A model generated the notes under the pieces. That model saw only the letters and a program-made list of their open reading frames with translations. It was not told the DNA's origin and did no database searches. Below, one piece after another: positions 37,790 through 48,025 of a DNA stretch of 64,000 nt (position 1 is the first letter of the stretch; each line of letters begins with the position of its first letter). The translations under genes were made by a program, and so were the position numbers. The DNA lies in NCBI GenBank assembly GCA_963666485.2, contig CAXXUO010000001.1, positions 576,001-640,000 of the forward strand, given 5' to 3'. This DNA is from Syntrophorhabdaceae bacterium. GTDB lineage: Bacteria > Desulfobacterota > Syntrophorhabdia > Syntrophorhabdales > Syntrophorhabdaceae.

Positions 37790-37986
37790 GTCGTCATCCC
37801 GGGCGAATGCCGGAACCCTACCACCACCGTCATCCCGGCGAAGGCCGGGATCCAGCGTCTTGATGTTTCTCCATTTTTCCTGATTAGGATTGTATACGAT
37901 AAATAGAAAGCAGGCAATAGGCGATAGGCAACCGCAAGAAACAAGCAAAACCTTGAATCCCGGTGTCAAGCACCGGGATGACGACG
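37790..37986. repeat. REP-like palindrome cluster, copy 2 (two direct units plus one inverted unit)
   Basis: CGTCATCCCGG...CCGGAA; CGTCATCCCGGCGAAGGCCGGGATCCAGCGTC; AATCCCGGTGTCAAGCACCGGGATGACG. Confidence 0.8.
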
Positions 37987-38000
37987 AGGTGGAAGTCTTT

Positions 38001-38042
38001 CGCCTTTAGCCTTTAGCCGTACGCCGTTAGCCGTACGCCGTT
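38001..38042. repeat. Heptanucleotide tandem repeat (6 units)
   Basis: CGCCTTT AGCCTTT AGCCGTA CGCCGTT AGCCGTA CGCCGTT. Confidence 0.8.
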
Positions 38043-38764
38043 CATATTTCCATCTCCATCCCATCTTCCGCAATCAGGTACGGGTCGTGAAGCACCCCCG
38101 CATACGTGTCCCAGTCGGGATAAAGATGCGTGAGAAGAACACGCTTCGGCCCCGCCTTTTTCACCATTTTATCGAGTGCTTCCAGGTTCAGGTGCCCTTT
38201 TACCTTACGTTCCGGGAAAGCGCATTCGGCAACGAGGACATCGGCCCTCTGCGCCAACCGTATGAGATTTTGCGAATAATCCGTATCGCCCGAAAACGTC
38301 AATGACCTTTTTTCGTCAAGCCTGATCGCGATGCTTTCCGGATTATGTTTGACCGGTGCGGCGGTAATAGTAACCCCATTGTATGCCAGGGATCCGTTGA
38401 CGAGGCGCTTCACGGTGAGATCGTATGTTTTCGGGTGGACCCAGGGATAGATCTTTTTCAACCCCCGGTAAAACCGCGTGATCCCGTTGCCGCCAATGAC
38501 CATAAGCGGTTTCTCCCGCGCGACCTTCCCGTAATTGCATGCAAAGAAAAAGGTAGAGAGGTCCGCCGTATGATCGACATGGAAATGCGTGATAATCACG
38601 ACGTCGACATCATCGACATCGAAACCCCGCTCGAGAAGCCGTCTGACGACCGAGGGGCCGACATCCACGAGAATGTTGAGGCCTCTCGCCGTTACGAGGT
38701 ACGCGGAAGAGTTTCTCTCGAGACGGGGAATAGCAGTCCCCGTTCCCAGAATATGAAGTTTCAT
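38042..38764 (-). CDS. Metallo-beta-lactamase-fold hydrolase, RNase Z/BN-like
   Basis: ILGTG..P, THFHVDH, SGDT, ECAF, HL, LTHLYP. Confidence 0.88.
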   Translation of the reverse strand: MKLHILGTGTAIPRLERNSSAYLVTARGLNILVDVGPSVVRRLLERGFDVDDVDVVIITHFHVDHTADLSTFFFACNYGKVAREKPLMVIGGNGITRFYRGLKKIYPWVHPKTYDLTVKRLVNGSLAYNGVTITAAPVKHNPESIAIRLDEKRSLTFSGDTDYSQNLIRLAQRADVLVAECAFPERKVKGHLNLEALDKMVKKAGPKRVLLTHLYPDWDTYAGVLHDPYLIAEDGMEMEI

Positions 38765-38898
38765 ATACGAATGATACGGCAAAGAAAATAGAAAAGCAAC
38801 GCGTTGCTAATGAAGGCTGTATATGGTAAAAATATTCGTACTTTATGACCACTCGCACTGCCTGAAAGTGGACCGAAGACTATTTGATCGAGGACAAC

Positions 38899-40581
38899 AT
38901 GACCGAGGAAATCACCCCCACGCAAACCGATTTTATACGCGAGATCATCGATAATGACCTTAAAACGGGAAAACATGACCGGATAGCCACCCGTTTCCCG
39001 CCGGAACCGAACGGATACCTCCACATAGGGCATGCCAAATCCGTCTGCCTCAACTTCGGACTTGCCGCGCAATATAGAGGCACCTGCAACCTGCGCATGG
39101 ACGACACCGACCCGGCAGGGGAGTCAATGGAATTCGTCGGGTCGATCCAGAACGACGTCAGGTGGCTGGGTTTTGACTGGGATGACCGGCTGTTTTACGC
39201 CTCCGACTATTTCGAAAAGCTCTATCAGTTCGCGATCGATCTCATCAAGGCCGGGAAGGCGTACGTGTGCAGCCTCAGCGCTGACGAGATGCGGGAATAC
39301 AGGGGAACTCTCACTGAACCGGGAAAGGACAGTCCCTATCGCGGCAGATCGATCGAGGAGAACCTCGACCTCTTCTCCCGTATGCGGGCAGGCGAGTTCA
39401 AGGACGGGGAACACGTCCTCAGGGCAAAGATAGATATGGCTTCGCCCAATATCACCATGCGTGACCCGGTGATCTACCGGATAAAAAGAACTGGCCACTA
39501 TCGCATGGCAGATACATGGGTCATATACCCCATGTATGATTTCGCCCATTGCCTTTCGGATTCGATCGAACGGATAACCCATTCGATATGCACGCTTGAA
39601 TTCGAGAACAACCGTCCGCTCTATGACTGGTTCGTCAACGAGCTTATCGACGGCCCCAAACCCAGGCAGATCGAATTTGCCCGCCTCAATTTGAGTTACA
39701 CCATCCTGAGCAAACGACGGCTCATCGAGCTCGTTGAGAATAAACTCGTCAACGGATGGGATGACCCCCGCATGCCGACCGTTGCCGGCATGAGGCGGCG
39801 CGGATATACGGCGCGCGCGATACGGGAGTTTTGCTCACGAATCGGCGTCGCAAAGAAGGATAACCTTGTGGATATCGCACTGCTCGAGCACTGCGTGCGC
39901 GAAGACCTGAACGATTCAGCACCGCGGGCAATGGCCGTCTTGCACCCCCTCAAGGTTGTCATCGATAATTATCCCGAGGACCGGGTCGAGGAAATGGAAT
40001 GCGCGAATCATCCCCAAAAACCGGAAATGGGCACCCGCAGCGTCCCGTTCTCAAAGACCATTTATATAGAAAAAGACGATTTCATGGAAAATCCTCCCCG
40101 AAAATATAAACGGCTTGGCCCCGGCCGCGAGATCCGGCTAAGGAACTCGTACGTCATCCGCTTCGCATCGATGGTCAAGGACGAAGCCACGGGCGAGGTC
40201 ACCGAACTGCACTGCACATATGACCCCGACACGAAGAACGCGGCCCCGGCAGACGGCCGGAAGGTCGACGGCGTTATACACTGGGTCTCCGCCGCGCATG
40301 CCGTCCCCGCCACGGTCCGCCTATATGACAGACTGTTCAAGGTCGCCGACCCCGCCTCGGTGGAAGGCGAAATGACCGATCTTTTAAATCCCGGGTCACT
40401 TGAGGTCATTGTGAACGCCTGTGTCGAACCAGGCCTTGGCGAGGTGGCGGCTGAAGAAAAGTACCAGTTCGAGCGTATCGGTTATTTCTGCTGTGATACG
40501 AAGGATTCGGCCCCCGGGAAGCCGGTTTTCAACCGAATCGTGACGCTGCGCGATTCCTGGGCGAAGATCGCCGGCAAATAG
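38899..40581 (+). CDS. glnS: Glutaminyl-tRNA synthetase
   Basis: [66 protein letters not shown]. Confidence 0.97.
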   Translation: MTEEITPTQTDFIREIIDNDLKTGKHDRIATRFPPEPNGYLHIGHAKSVCLNFGLAAQYRGTCNLRMDDTDPAGESMEFVGSIQNDVRWLGFDWDDRLFYASDYFEKLYQFAIDLIKAGKAYVCSLSADEMREYRGTLTEPGKDSPYRGRSIEENLDLFSRMRAGEFKDGEHVLRAKIDMASPNITMRDPVIYRIKRTGHYRMADTWVIYPMYDFAHCLSDSIERITHSICTLEFENNRPLYDWFVNELIDGPKPRQIEFARLNLSYTILSKRRLIELVENKLVNGWDDPRMPTVAGMRRRGYTARAIREFCSRIGVAKKDNLVDIALLEHCVREDLNDSAPRAMAVLHPLKVVIDNYPEDRVEEMECANHPQKPEMGTRSVPFSKTIYIEKDDFMENPPRKYKRLGPGREIRLRNSYVIRFASMVKDEATGEVTELHCTYDPDTKNAAPADGRKVDGVIHWVSAAHAVPATVRLYDRLFKVADPASVEGEMTDLLNPGSLEVIVNACVEPGLGEVAAEEKYQFERIGYFCCDTKDSAPGKPVFNRIVTLRDSWAKIAGK

Positions 40582-40603
40582 TATCGACCATGAAGGAGCA
40601 AAG

Positions 40604-41590
40604 ATGTCCCGTTTTACTCAAGCGATAATCTTCGCAGTTCTTGCCATTTGTTTCTTCATTGTGCCTGCATGGGCATCAGATAAGAAGCCTGTCTTCGTTT
40701 TTGCTTCCGTGGAAGAGGGAAAGGCAATACTGACCGCACGCGATGACTTCATCCAGAACATGAGCCCTCTCGACCGGGCCATCAGGATGCGGTCCGAGAA
40801 ACCCGTATCCGTGGATGAATTCTTGACATTCGTCGGGAACAACGTCATCGCGTGGGAAGACGAGGACAGGGAACAGATACAGAGGGTCCTGAACTCGCTC
40901 GCGCCAAAATTCGAGGTGTATGCGCACTATCTTCCCGATAAGATCTACCTTGTCAGAACCACGGGAAGTGAAGAGGGGGGGGTCGCCTATACCCGCGGCA
41001 ACGCGATCGTCTTCCCCCGGCGGCTTGGTATACCGGACCCTGTCAGTTTGTACAAGCTCATCTCTCACGAGCTGTTTCACGTCATCACCCGGCAGAATAA
41101 GCACCTCAGGGAGGAGCTTTACAGCACCATAGGGTTCAGAAAATGCCCTGCTTACAGCCTGCCGAAAAACCTCGATCACCGGCGTATCACGAACCCCGAT
41201 GCCCCGTTGAACGAATACTGCATCAAGGTAAAAGCATCAGGAAAGGACATTATCGTCCTTCCCCTGCTTTATTCCCAGGTCGATACGTACAACAAGCGGG
41301 ATGGTGAGGAGTTGTTCGATTATCTCCAGGCAGCGTACATCTCGGTCGCGCGGATTAAGGGTCCCGGGCAGAAACCAGTCATGCTGAAAGACAGGGAGAT
41401 GACCCTGTATAAAGAGGAGGAATTGCAGAACCTGTACGAGCAGATAGGGCAGAACACGGATTACACGATACATCCGGAAGAGATACTGGCAGATAATTTT
41501 TCGTATCTTTTCTTTGACATAACGGAAGTAGAATCGCCGCAGATCATCGAGAAGATGAAGAAGGTGTTTAAGGCGGGTAAAAATAGGTGA
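40604..41590 (+). CDS. Secreted hypothetical protein with an HExxH motif (possible zincin)
   Basis: Signal peptide; AYTRGNAIVF, HELFH, HPEEILADNF. Confidence 0.75.
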   Translation: MSRFTQAIIFAVLAICFFIVPAWASDKKPVFVFASVEEGKAILTARDDFIQNMSPLDRAIRMRSEKPVSVDEFLTFVGNNVIAWEDEDREQIQRVLNSLAPKFEVYAHYLPDKIYLVRTTGSEEGGVAYTRGNAIVFPRRLGIPDPVSLYKLISHELFHVITRQNKHLREELYSTIGFRKCPAYSLPKNLDHRRITNPDAPLNEYCIKVKASGKDIIVLPLLYSQVDTYNKRDGEELFDYLQAAYISVARIKGPGQKPVMLKDREMTLYKEEELQNLYEQIGQNTDYTIHPEEILADNFSYLFFDITEVESPQIIEKMKKVFKAGKNR

Positions 41591-41596
41591 TGGGTA

Positions 41597-42082
41597 ATGG
41601 GTAACAGGCCGCAAAAGGTCTTGTATGACATCTTGTTTAGAAGTTTGTTCGGATTGTCCATACTGATCATCATGACAGGGACCGCTGCGCTGGCGGGGGA
41701 AATCGCGACTGATGTAGAGAAGCTCCTGCGGGACATCCGCCAGGACCAACCGGTGCCTGCAGTCCCCTACCTGGAGAAGTCTGAGCCCATGAATGTTGAT
41801 TGCGCTTTTTACCGGGGCAGCTATGAGGGTATCGAAATATCCGTCGAAACTCATCCGAAAAGCCAGCGGGTCGCCTCGATCCTCCTGCGGGCCCCGGGGC
41901 CCGACCGGACTAAACAAATTCTCCCCGCCGTCAAACGCGTGATCGGCCCGCCCCGCTCGAGCAGCCCGAAAAGATCTGAGTACGGCTGGGAGTGGCCCGG
42001 CTACCGGGCCGCCTCGCTCCACTATGCAAAAGGCGTCAGGGCGGGGGAAGGATTCACGATTGTCTCGATCTTTTACCGGTAA
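41597..42082 (+). CDS. Hypothetical exported protein
   Basis: ORF with a hydrophobic N-terminal segment ending ALA; true start uncertain (GGTAATG heptamers at 41586-41606). Confidence 0.6.
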   Translation: MGNRPQKVLYDILFRSLFGLSILIIMTGTAALAGEIATDVEKLLRDIRQDQPVPAVPYLEKSEPMNVDCAFYRGSYEGIEISVETHPKSQRVASILLRAPGPDRTKQILPAVKRVIGPPRSSSPKRSEYGWEWPGYRAASLHYAKGVRAGEGFTIVSIFYR

Positions 42083-42131
42083 TTTCGTGGTACGGCATTG
42101 TAATCAGATACGCATATCGCGAAAGACCCGA

Positions 42132-42668
42132 TCATATTCCATGAGTTTCCGGCACCTCAATGGTGATCGGCCAGGCATACGTGCCCGGCTGTGCATCATC
42201 TGAAAGGATCAAACGATAACTGAATTCGACCATCTCGGCGCCCCTGACGTAGGGCCTTCGTGCGGAAGCCTTACCGCCATCGATATAGACATTCGTCCCA
42301 TTGCCTTTGACATGGGCAGCACTGAACGGCGTCATGTCGGCCCCGCGGAACGTGAAGATATAACCGTGCGGGTCATTGCTCTTCACCTCTAGCCGGGACC
42401 CTGAATTTATATCGATAAATCCCCGTTGAATATCGGCCTGCGTTATCCTGACCTGGGACACCTGGTAAAGCACCTTCATGTGGGAATGGGCTATGACCCT
42501 GGCGGATATCCGGACCTTGCATACAGCGGGACCGGCATATGCCAGGCCGGCTTGACCGGCTGCGGCGATGGCAACGACCACTGCGACCGTGGCCGCAATG
42601 ATAATATTATGAGATCTGAAACCCCGCGAAATCTTCCTCCGGGCAATACAACCCTTTTCGACGAGCAT
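42132..42668 (-). CDS. Hypothetical exported beta-rich protein
   Basis: Signal/TM segment followed by alternating beta-pattern residues, ending PGTYAWPITIEV. Confidence 0.65.
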   Translation of the reverse strand: MLVEKGCIARRKISRGFRSHNIIIAATVAVVVAIAAAGQAGLAYAGPAVCKVRISARVIAHSHMKVLYQVSQVRITQADIQRGFIDINSGSRLEVKSNDPHGYIFTFRGADMTPFSAAHVKGNGTNVYIDGGKASARRPYVRGAEMVEFSYRLILSDDAQPGTYAWPITIEVPETHGI

Positions 42669-42837
42669 AATCCCGATCTTTTTGCCAATACGCAATCTAT
42701 TTATGGCGAAACGTCATTATTTCTTGTCTAATACTACGTAAAGTAGTCCACATCTCAATATTATCATCTGATTTCAATAAGGCAATGGGGTTTCATTGAG
42801 GGTACAATATTGGGTTAACTACCATGGTCAGGTATTT

Positions 42838-44013
42838 TTATCGTAATTTCATCTTTTCCCGATGACTGATTTCAGTGCCCCCGGAATCAGGGAACCCGAC
42901 GAGTTCGGTTCCGCAATCGGGACAACTGCCTTTATTCACGGAAAATTGATTTTCGCAGCGCGGACAATACGCCGAACAATTTTCCTGCATCTCGGGGGCG
43001 CATAGTAACTCGGAAATATCTATCCGATGTTCCGCAAAAATTCTTTCGTAAGCTTTGAGCATAAAGCCACCGGCTTCGATGCTGCCCGGCCTGGCAATTG
43101 CCTCGCGGGCGGGAAAAGATATACCGCGGACGATCCGCCGGGCAAACTCCCTGGCAGTTTGTGAATCACACAGGAGAAATGCGGGGACCAGGGGATCATA
43201 CGACGATAACAAATGCCGTCCCAAATTGGCATATGCCCGGACTGCCGCCGGCGGGCATAACGTCATGCCCACGAGGTCCGCGAGACGGTCCCCGGAGAAT
43301 CCGGGGAAAAATCTTTTATGATAACGGTGATATAAGATTAAAATTGGGAGTTGCAGGGCCAGCATGCCGGAAACGACGTAAACGGTCATAAAACTGTATC
43401 CGAAGAAAATGATAAACGGCAGAAAAAAGATGATATAAATGAATAATAAATTACAGATCACCTGTAACATTTTGGTTTTGTTCTTATAATAGCCGATCAA
43501 ATATTTCGCACCGTCGATATCAAGGGTTTGTTTCGATATCATCATGACCTTTGCGGCCCGGTCCAGTTCATTCAAGGTTCTCAATTCCTGTATAAGTCCG
43601 TGCACCCCTTCGGCGTATCGTTCACCAGGGAATTCGATCGAGTATTGCTCGTTTATAATTATTGTCCTGCCCGATAATTCACTCGATGTAATGTCGCTAT
43701 ATCTGAAATCGGCAGGCTTGCCCGGATCGGGAATGCCGGGCACCGGGAACATATGAAAATATATTCCGGCCGGTGAAAAAATAGCGATCGGCAAATGCGC
43801 CATGAACGCGGGTGTTAACGGAGGAAATGGCGACACAAAATTGAAACCCCCTCTATTATTTGCCAGCAATGATGATTTTATTTTCCATCCGCTTCCAAAA
43901 TGAGGATCAAAAACAATAGAATTCGAGGGAATCTTCACGACACATTCAAAAAAATATATTATCAGCAAGACGGCGATAAAAAGTAAATATTCGGAAAAAA
44001 ACTCCGGCGTCAT
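42838..44013 (-). CDS. Hypothetical membrane protein with a C-terminal CxxC..CxxC zinc ribbon
   Basis: 391-aa ORF, 3-4 TM, YCPRC...CPDCG; AT-richer than the flanking genes. Confidence 0.7.
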   Translation of the reverse strand: MTPEFFSEYLLFIAVLLIIYFFECVVKIPSNSIVFDPHFGSGWKIKSSLLANNRGGFNFVSPFPPLTPAFMAHLPIAIFSPAGIYFHMFPVPGIPDPGKPADFRYSDITSSELSGRTIIINEQYSIEFPGERYAEGVHGLIQELRTLNELDRAAKVMMISKQTLDIDGAKYLIGYYKNKTKMLQVICNLLFIYIIFFLPFIIFFGYSFMTVYVVSGMLALQLPILILYHRYHKRFFPGFSGDRLADLVGMTLCPPAAVRAYANLGRHLLSSYDPLVPAFLLCDSQTAREFARRIVRGISFPAREAIARPGSIEAGGFMLKAYERIFAEHRIDISELLCAPEMQENCSAYCPRCENQFSVNKGSCPDCGTELVGFPDSGGTEISHREKMKLR

Positions 44014-44858
44014 TTATTCTTTCGACCGAATATCTTTCTGAAGAAGGCTATTATCGCAATAACCACGCCAACAATAATTTTCCAGGCCCATTTGAAAAAC
44101 CCGGTTTTCGCAGCGACAGCCGCTGCTCCCCCGACTATAAGACCTGTCAAACCGTACGCCGCGACCTTATCTCCCTTTACGAACTCTTCATACCGGTTTC
44201 CGCTTTTATAGCCAAATGTCCCGATTATGGCGTTAAAATCCGGCAGGTCCTGGGTAAACGTCTGGTCATCACATACCAGGGTCACATTCATAACCCCTTT
44301 TCTGCCAAGTATTCTCGAATTGTGGTTGAGCCTGAAGCTCTTATCCTCCTGGCCGTCGCCTCGCACCTGAACGGTCCACTCAAGGTTGTGGTTTTCCGGA
44401 TTATAGTACGGGGTTTTGTACCATCCTTCGAAGTACAAAAGTTTCCAGCCTCTTTTCTTTCGTTCCTCGTTCGCCAGATCGTTATTCTTTTTCAACGCCT
44501 CAAGTATCTTGCTTGCGTTCAGGGAGTCCTTCTCGTCGTTTTTTATATACCCGGTCTCGGTAAAATCAAAAAGTGCGAACCAGTTATTCGGCTTGCATGC
44601 TATCAACCCGAGTTCCTTTCCGCTTGTCGGGTTTTGCATCGCCTCCATGAGCATTTTAGCATCTGATGCGTTTGCAAATGCACAGTTTTCCGGAATTTCT
44701 ATCTGTGCAATATTCCCCAGGTCCGCAACTGCGGGCCCTACCTGCCATTTCACGCTTTTGATCACAAAGTCCAAATTAAAATTCTGCCCAAATGTGACGG
44801 AATCACAGAATGCCATGGCGAAACAGAACAATGCCGCAAAAACTACTTTTGTGCGCAT
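44010..44858 (-). CDS. DUF2167-family membrane-anchored protein
   Basis: GYIK.DE, NEERKKRG..L..GW..P.Y, RILGRKGV, GNRYEEF..GDKVAAYGL.GLI.GG..AK.G. Confidence 0.85.
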   Translation of the reverse strand: MRTKVVFAALFCFAMAFCDSVTFGQNFNLDFVIKSVKWQVGPAVADLGNIAQIEIPENCAFANASDAKMLMEAMQNPTSGKELGLIACKPNNWFALFDFTETGYIKNDEKDSLNASKILEALKKNNDLANEERKKRGWKLLYFEGWYKTPYYNPENHNLEWTVQVRGDGQEDKSFRLNHNSRILGRKGVMNVTLVCDDQTFTQDLPDFNAIIGTFGYKSGNRYEEFVKGDKVAAYGLTGLIVGGAAAVAAKTGFFKWAWKIIVGVVIAIIAFFRKIFGRKNK

Positions 44859-44877
44859 AATTCCCCCTGGGCCTTTT

Positions 44878-45027
44878 TCATGCCGGACGTCCTCTTCCGA
44901 ACCTCACCCTGGTGCTATGCCCATGCCTCTCAAGAATTTGTTTTTGGGAAATGGTAATAAGGGCTTCGTCCTCTGCGAGGAGGATGGTCTTTTTGCCGGG
45001 AAGTAAAGAGTCGTGGCCAGTATTCAT
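44878..45027 (-). pseudogene. Truncated response-regulator receiver-domain remnant (49 codons)
   Basis: Hand translation MNTGHDSLLPGKKTILLAEDEALITISQKQILERHGHSTRVRFGRGRPA*, i.e. receiver beta1-alpha1 only. Confidence 0.6.
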
Positions 45028-45195
45028 CACCCGCCAGGATGGTTATTACATCTGTATTAGTATTTTCGCGCAATATCTTCGTTAATTAATAAATTTTCCG
45101 TGTTTTATAATGTCAAGGCGCTGGAGACATTGAATAAGACCTTGAATCCGGGTTCACCTTCACATTTATTTCACAATGCGGGGTTTCGGGGAATG

Positions 45196-45225
45196 AAAAA
45201 GGGTCACACTTTCGTGCAACCCCTT
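45196..45225 (-). terminator. Intrinsic terminator after tRNA-Gln
   Basis: Minus strand GGGTTGCAC-GAAA-GTGTGACCC-TTTTT. Confidence 0.7.
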
Positions 45226-45234
45226 GATTATATT

Positions 45235-45308
45235 TGGCTGGGAGACAAGGATTTGAACCTTGATTCACGGAGTCAGAGTCCGTTGTCCTGCCGTTGAACG
45301 ATCTCCCA
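45235..45308 (-). tRNA. tRNA-Gln (anticodon CTG)
   Basis: TGGGAGA acceptor; anticodon arm ACGGA-CTCTGAC-TCCGT; T-arm GGTTCAAATCC; encoded 3' CCA. Confidence 0.96.
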
Positions 45309-45336
45309 GTATTTTCGTATACTGCGGTCCGTGCGG

Positions 45337-45359
45337 ATGGCACAGGAGTACTGTGCCAT
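45337..45359. other. 9-bp perfect hairpin between rplQ and tRNA-Gln
   Basis: ATGGCACAG-GAGTA-CTGTGCCAT; no U-tract. Confidence 0.5.
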
Positions 45360-45365
45360 ATTATA

Positions 45366-45929
45366 TCACTCTTCGGCTTTCGGTTCTTCGGTTTTTTTCT
45401 CGGCCTTCGGCTTGCGTGTCCGTTTCGGTTTTTCTTCGCCGGACGCTTCTTTGGCCGCGGCTTTTTTCTTGGCCGGTGCTTTTTCTTTCTTTTCTTTCGG
45501 TTCTTTCGCGGCTTTGGCCTTTACTTCCTTCTTCGGTTTGGCCTTGCCTTTTTCCGGTTCTTTTTCGGGCTCTTTCTTCTGTGTAAGCTCGATTATCGCC
45601 ATCGGAGCGGCGTCACCCTTTCTCAGGCCGATCTTGACCACCCGGGTGTAGCCCCCGTTTATGGCGGCGTACCGGTCCCCGATATCGGAGAAGAGCTTCC
45701 TGACAACTTTTTTATCCCTCAGAAAGGCAAAGACCAGGCGCAGGGAATGAAGGTCTTTCTTTTTGGCCAGGGTGATGAGCCTGTCAGCCACTTTTTTGAG
45801 CTCCATTGCCTTCGGGTTCGTCGTCTTTATGCTTTCATGATCGAAAAGAGCATTGGCGAGATTCATGAACAATGCCTTCCTGTGGCTCTTGGTCCGATTC
45901 ATTTTTTTCACTCTGTTCTGATGCCTCAT
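45366..45929 (-). CDS. rplQ: 50S ribosomal protein L17 with a long K/E/A/P-rich tail
   Basis: MRH..K..R..SHRKAL, IKTT..KA, GGYTRV, GDAAPMAIIEL. Confidence 0.96.
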   Translation of the reverse strand: MRHQNRVKKMNRTKSHRKALFMNLANALFDHESIKTTNPKAMELKKVADRLITLAKKKDLHSLRLVFAFLRDKKVVRKLFSDIGDRYAAINGGYTRVVKIGLRKGDAAPMAIIELTQKKEPEKEPEKGKAKPKKEVKAKAAKEPKEKKEKAPAKKKAAAKEASGEEKPKRTRKPKAEKKTEEPKAEE

Positions 45930-45939
45930 TGGTCAACCC

Positions 45940-46965
45940 CTACATGTGATCTTTTTTCTTGAGAACCATCTTATCCAGTTCTTCCCGCGCAGGAAAACTG
46001 TCCAGTTTGAGGCCGAGCCGAAGCCCCATGCACGAGAGGATCTCCTTGATCTCATTCAAGGATTTCCTTCCGAAATTCTTCGTCATGAGTATTTCCTGCT
46101 CGGTCTTCTGGACCAGTTCGCCTATATACTTTATGTCTGCGTTCTTCAGGCAGTTCGCGCTTCTGACCGAGAGTTCGAGCTCGTCGACGCTGCGATACAG
46201 GTTCTCGTTGAAGTCGGTCTTTTCCTGCCCTCTTTCCTCTGCTGATTCCGCTTCTTCAATTTCGTCAAAGTTGATGAAGATCCTCATCTGCTCTTTTATG
46301 ATCTTGGCCGCAAATGAGAGTGCGTCGAGAGGATCGACGCTCCCGTCGGTCCAGATCTCCATGGTCAGCTTGTCGTAATCCGTACGGCGCCCGACGCGGG
46401 CCTGGCTGACGTTGTAGCTCACCTTGCGTATAGGAGAGAAGATCGCGTCGATCGGTATGGTCCCGATAGGTTCCGCTTCGTCGACATTCTGCTCGGACGG
46501 CTGGTAGCCGCGGCCGAGCTTGGCCTTCATTTCCATGTAGAGCTTCGCGTCGCTCGATAATGTAGCGATATGCAGGTCGGGGTTCACGACCTCCACGCCG
46601 CCGTCATGGGTGATATCGCCCGCCTTGACTTCCTTTTTGCCCTTGACTTCGATCTTCAAAAGGGCCGGTTTGTCATCGGTCATCCTGATGACTGTTTTTT
46701 TCAGGTTCAGGATGATCTCGGTCACATCTTCTTTGACCCCGCGAATTGTCGAAAATTCGTGGTCGACAGACTCTATCCAGACCGATGTAATTGCAGCACC
46801 CATGATCGAGGAGAGTAATACCCTGCGAATAGAGTTGCCGATCGTCACACCGTACCCTCTTTCGAACGGCTCGGTCGAGAACTTGACGTAATCGTTCTCT
46901 TTCTTCTCTATCTCGATCTTGGTCGGCCTGATGAGCTCCTGCCAATTCTTTTCAAACATAGGCAT
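45940..46965 (-). CDS. rpoA: RNA polymerase alpha subunit
   Basis: [53 protein letters not shown]. Confidence 0.98.
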   Translation of the reverse strand: MPMFEKNWQELIRPTKIEIEKKENDYVKFSTEPFERGYGVTIGNSIRRVLLSSIMGAAITSVWIESVDHEFSTIRGVKEDVTEIILNLKKTVIRMTDDKPALLKIEVKGKKEVKAGDITHDGGVEVVNPDLHIATLSSDAKLYMEMKAKLGRGYQPSEQNVDEAEPIGTIPIDAIFSPIRKVSYNVSQARVGRRTDYDKLTMEIWTDGSVDPLDALSFAAKIIKEQMRIFINFDEIEEAESAEERGQEKTDFNENLYRSVDELELSVRSANCLKNADIKYIGELVQKTEQEILMTKNFGRKSLNEIKEILSCMGLRLGLKLDSFPAREELDKMVLKKKDHM

Positions 46966-46987
46966 GTACCCTCCTTGGGGTAGGTAA

Positions 46988-47608
46988 CTACCTTGAATAG
47001 TATTCTACGATGAGCTGTTCCTTGATCGGCAATGTTATATCGTCACGTGTCGGGAATAATTTAATGGTGCCTTTCATGTTGTCCTTATCAAGGTCGATCC
47101 ATGCGGGAATGCCTCTGCGGACCACAGATTCCAGTGCATTGATAACGGAGGGCAGATTCTTATGCCGGACCTCTATGACATCCCCGACTTTGACGAGGTA
47201 CGAAGAGGAGTTCACGGTCCTGCCGTTGACCGTTATATGCTTATGCGAAACAAGCTGCCGGGCCTCTGCGTGAGACGTGGCAAAACCCAGGCGGAACACC
47301 ATGTTATCGATCCTTCTCTCGAGAAAGACGAGGAAATTCGTACCGGTGATGCCTTCCTTGCGCTCGGCCATGACGAAAAACCTTCTGAACTGTTTTTCGC
47401 TGAGTCCATACATCCTGCGGGCGCGCTGTTTTTCACGCAGCCGCATTGCATATTCCATAACCTTGCCCTTCGTGTCGACGTGCTGTCCGGGCGGGTAGTT
47501 CCTTTTCTCGATGGCGCACTTTTCCGTGAAGCACCGTTCGCCTTTTAAATAAAGCTTTATGCCTTCTCTTCTGCACAATTTGCATACTGGTCCAACGTAA
47601 CGTGACAA
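46988..47608 (-). CDS. rpsD: 30S ribosomal protein S4 (Zn-binding type)
   Basis: TTG start; RYVGPVCKLCRREG, PPGQH, LREKQ, ARQLVSH, LIVEYYSR. Confidence 0.97.
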   Translation of the reverse strand: MSRYVGPVCKLCRREGIKLYLKGERCFTEKCAIEKRNYPPGQHVDTKGKVMEYAMRLREKQRARRMYGLSEKQFRRFFVMAERKEGITGTNFLVFLERRIDNMVFRLGFATSHAEARQLVSHKHITVNGRTVNSSSYLVKVGDVIEVRHKNLPSVINALESVVRRGIPAWIDLDKDNMKGTIKLFPTRDDITLPIKEQLIVEYYSR

Positions 47609-47619
47609 TTTTGCCTCCT

Positions 47620-48009
47620 TTAAACTCTTCTGCGTTTCGGCGGTCTGCACCCGTTATGAGGAATGGGCGTAACATCGCGGATCAGGTGAATCTTCAGACC
47701 GGCGCTCTGCAGTGCCCGAAGGGCTGCCTCACGTCCCGCCCCGGGACCTTTTACGTATACGTCAACCGTTCTGAGCCCGTGTTCCATTGCCTTCTTTGCC
47801 GCATTTTCGGCAGCCAGCTGGGCAGCGAACGGGGTGCTTTTCCTCGATCCCTTGAAGCCTACCACGCCGCCGCTCGACCAGGACACGACATTGCCCTGCG
47901 GGTCAGTGATCGTGATAATGGTATTGTTGAAGCTCGACTGTATATATGCTCCGCCGACGGGGATATTCTTTTTGACTTTCTTCTTACCGCTTCTTCTGAC
48001 TTTCGCCAT
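47620..48009 (-). CDS. rpsK: 30S ribosomal protein S11
   Basis: [43 protein letters not shown]. Confidence 0.98.
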   Translation of the reverse strand: MAKVRRSGKKKVKKNIPVGGAYIQSSFNNTIITITDPQGNVVSWSSGGVVGFKGSRKSTPFAAQLAAENAAKKAMEHGLRTVDVYVKGPGAGREAALRALQSAGLKIHLIRDVTPIPHNGCRPPKRRRV

Positions 48010-48025
48010 TTACGCCACCTCGTCG

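Noticed and set aside
36744..38042. CRISPR array or IS element
   Set aside because: Repeats are few, inverted and not regularly spaced; no cas or transposase ORF in the window
40582..45235. Intact prophage or integrative element at tRNA-Gln
   Set aside because: No integrase, no phage genes, and no direct repeat of the tRNA 3' end seen
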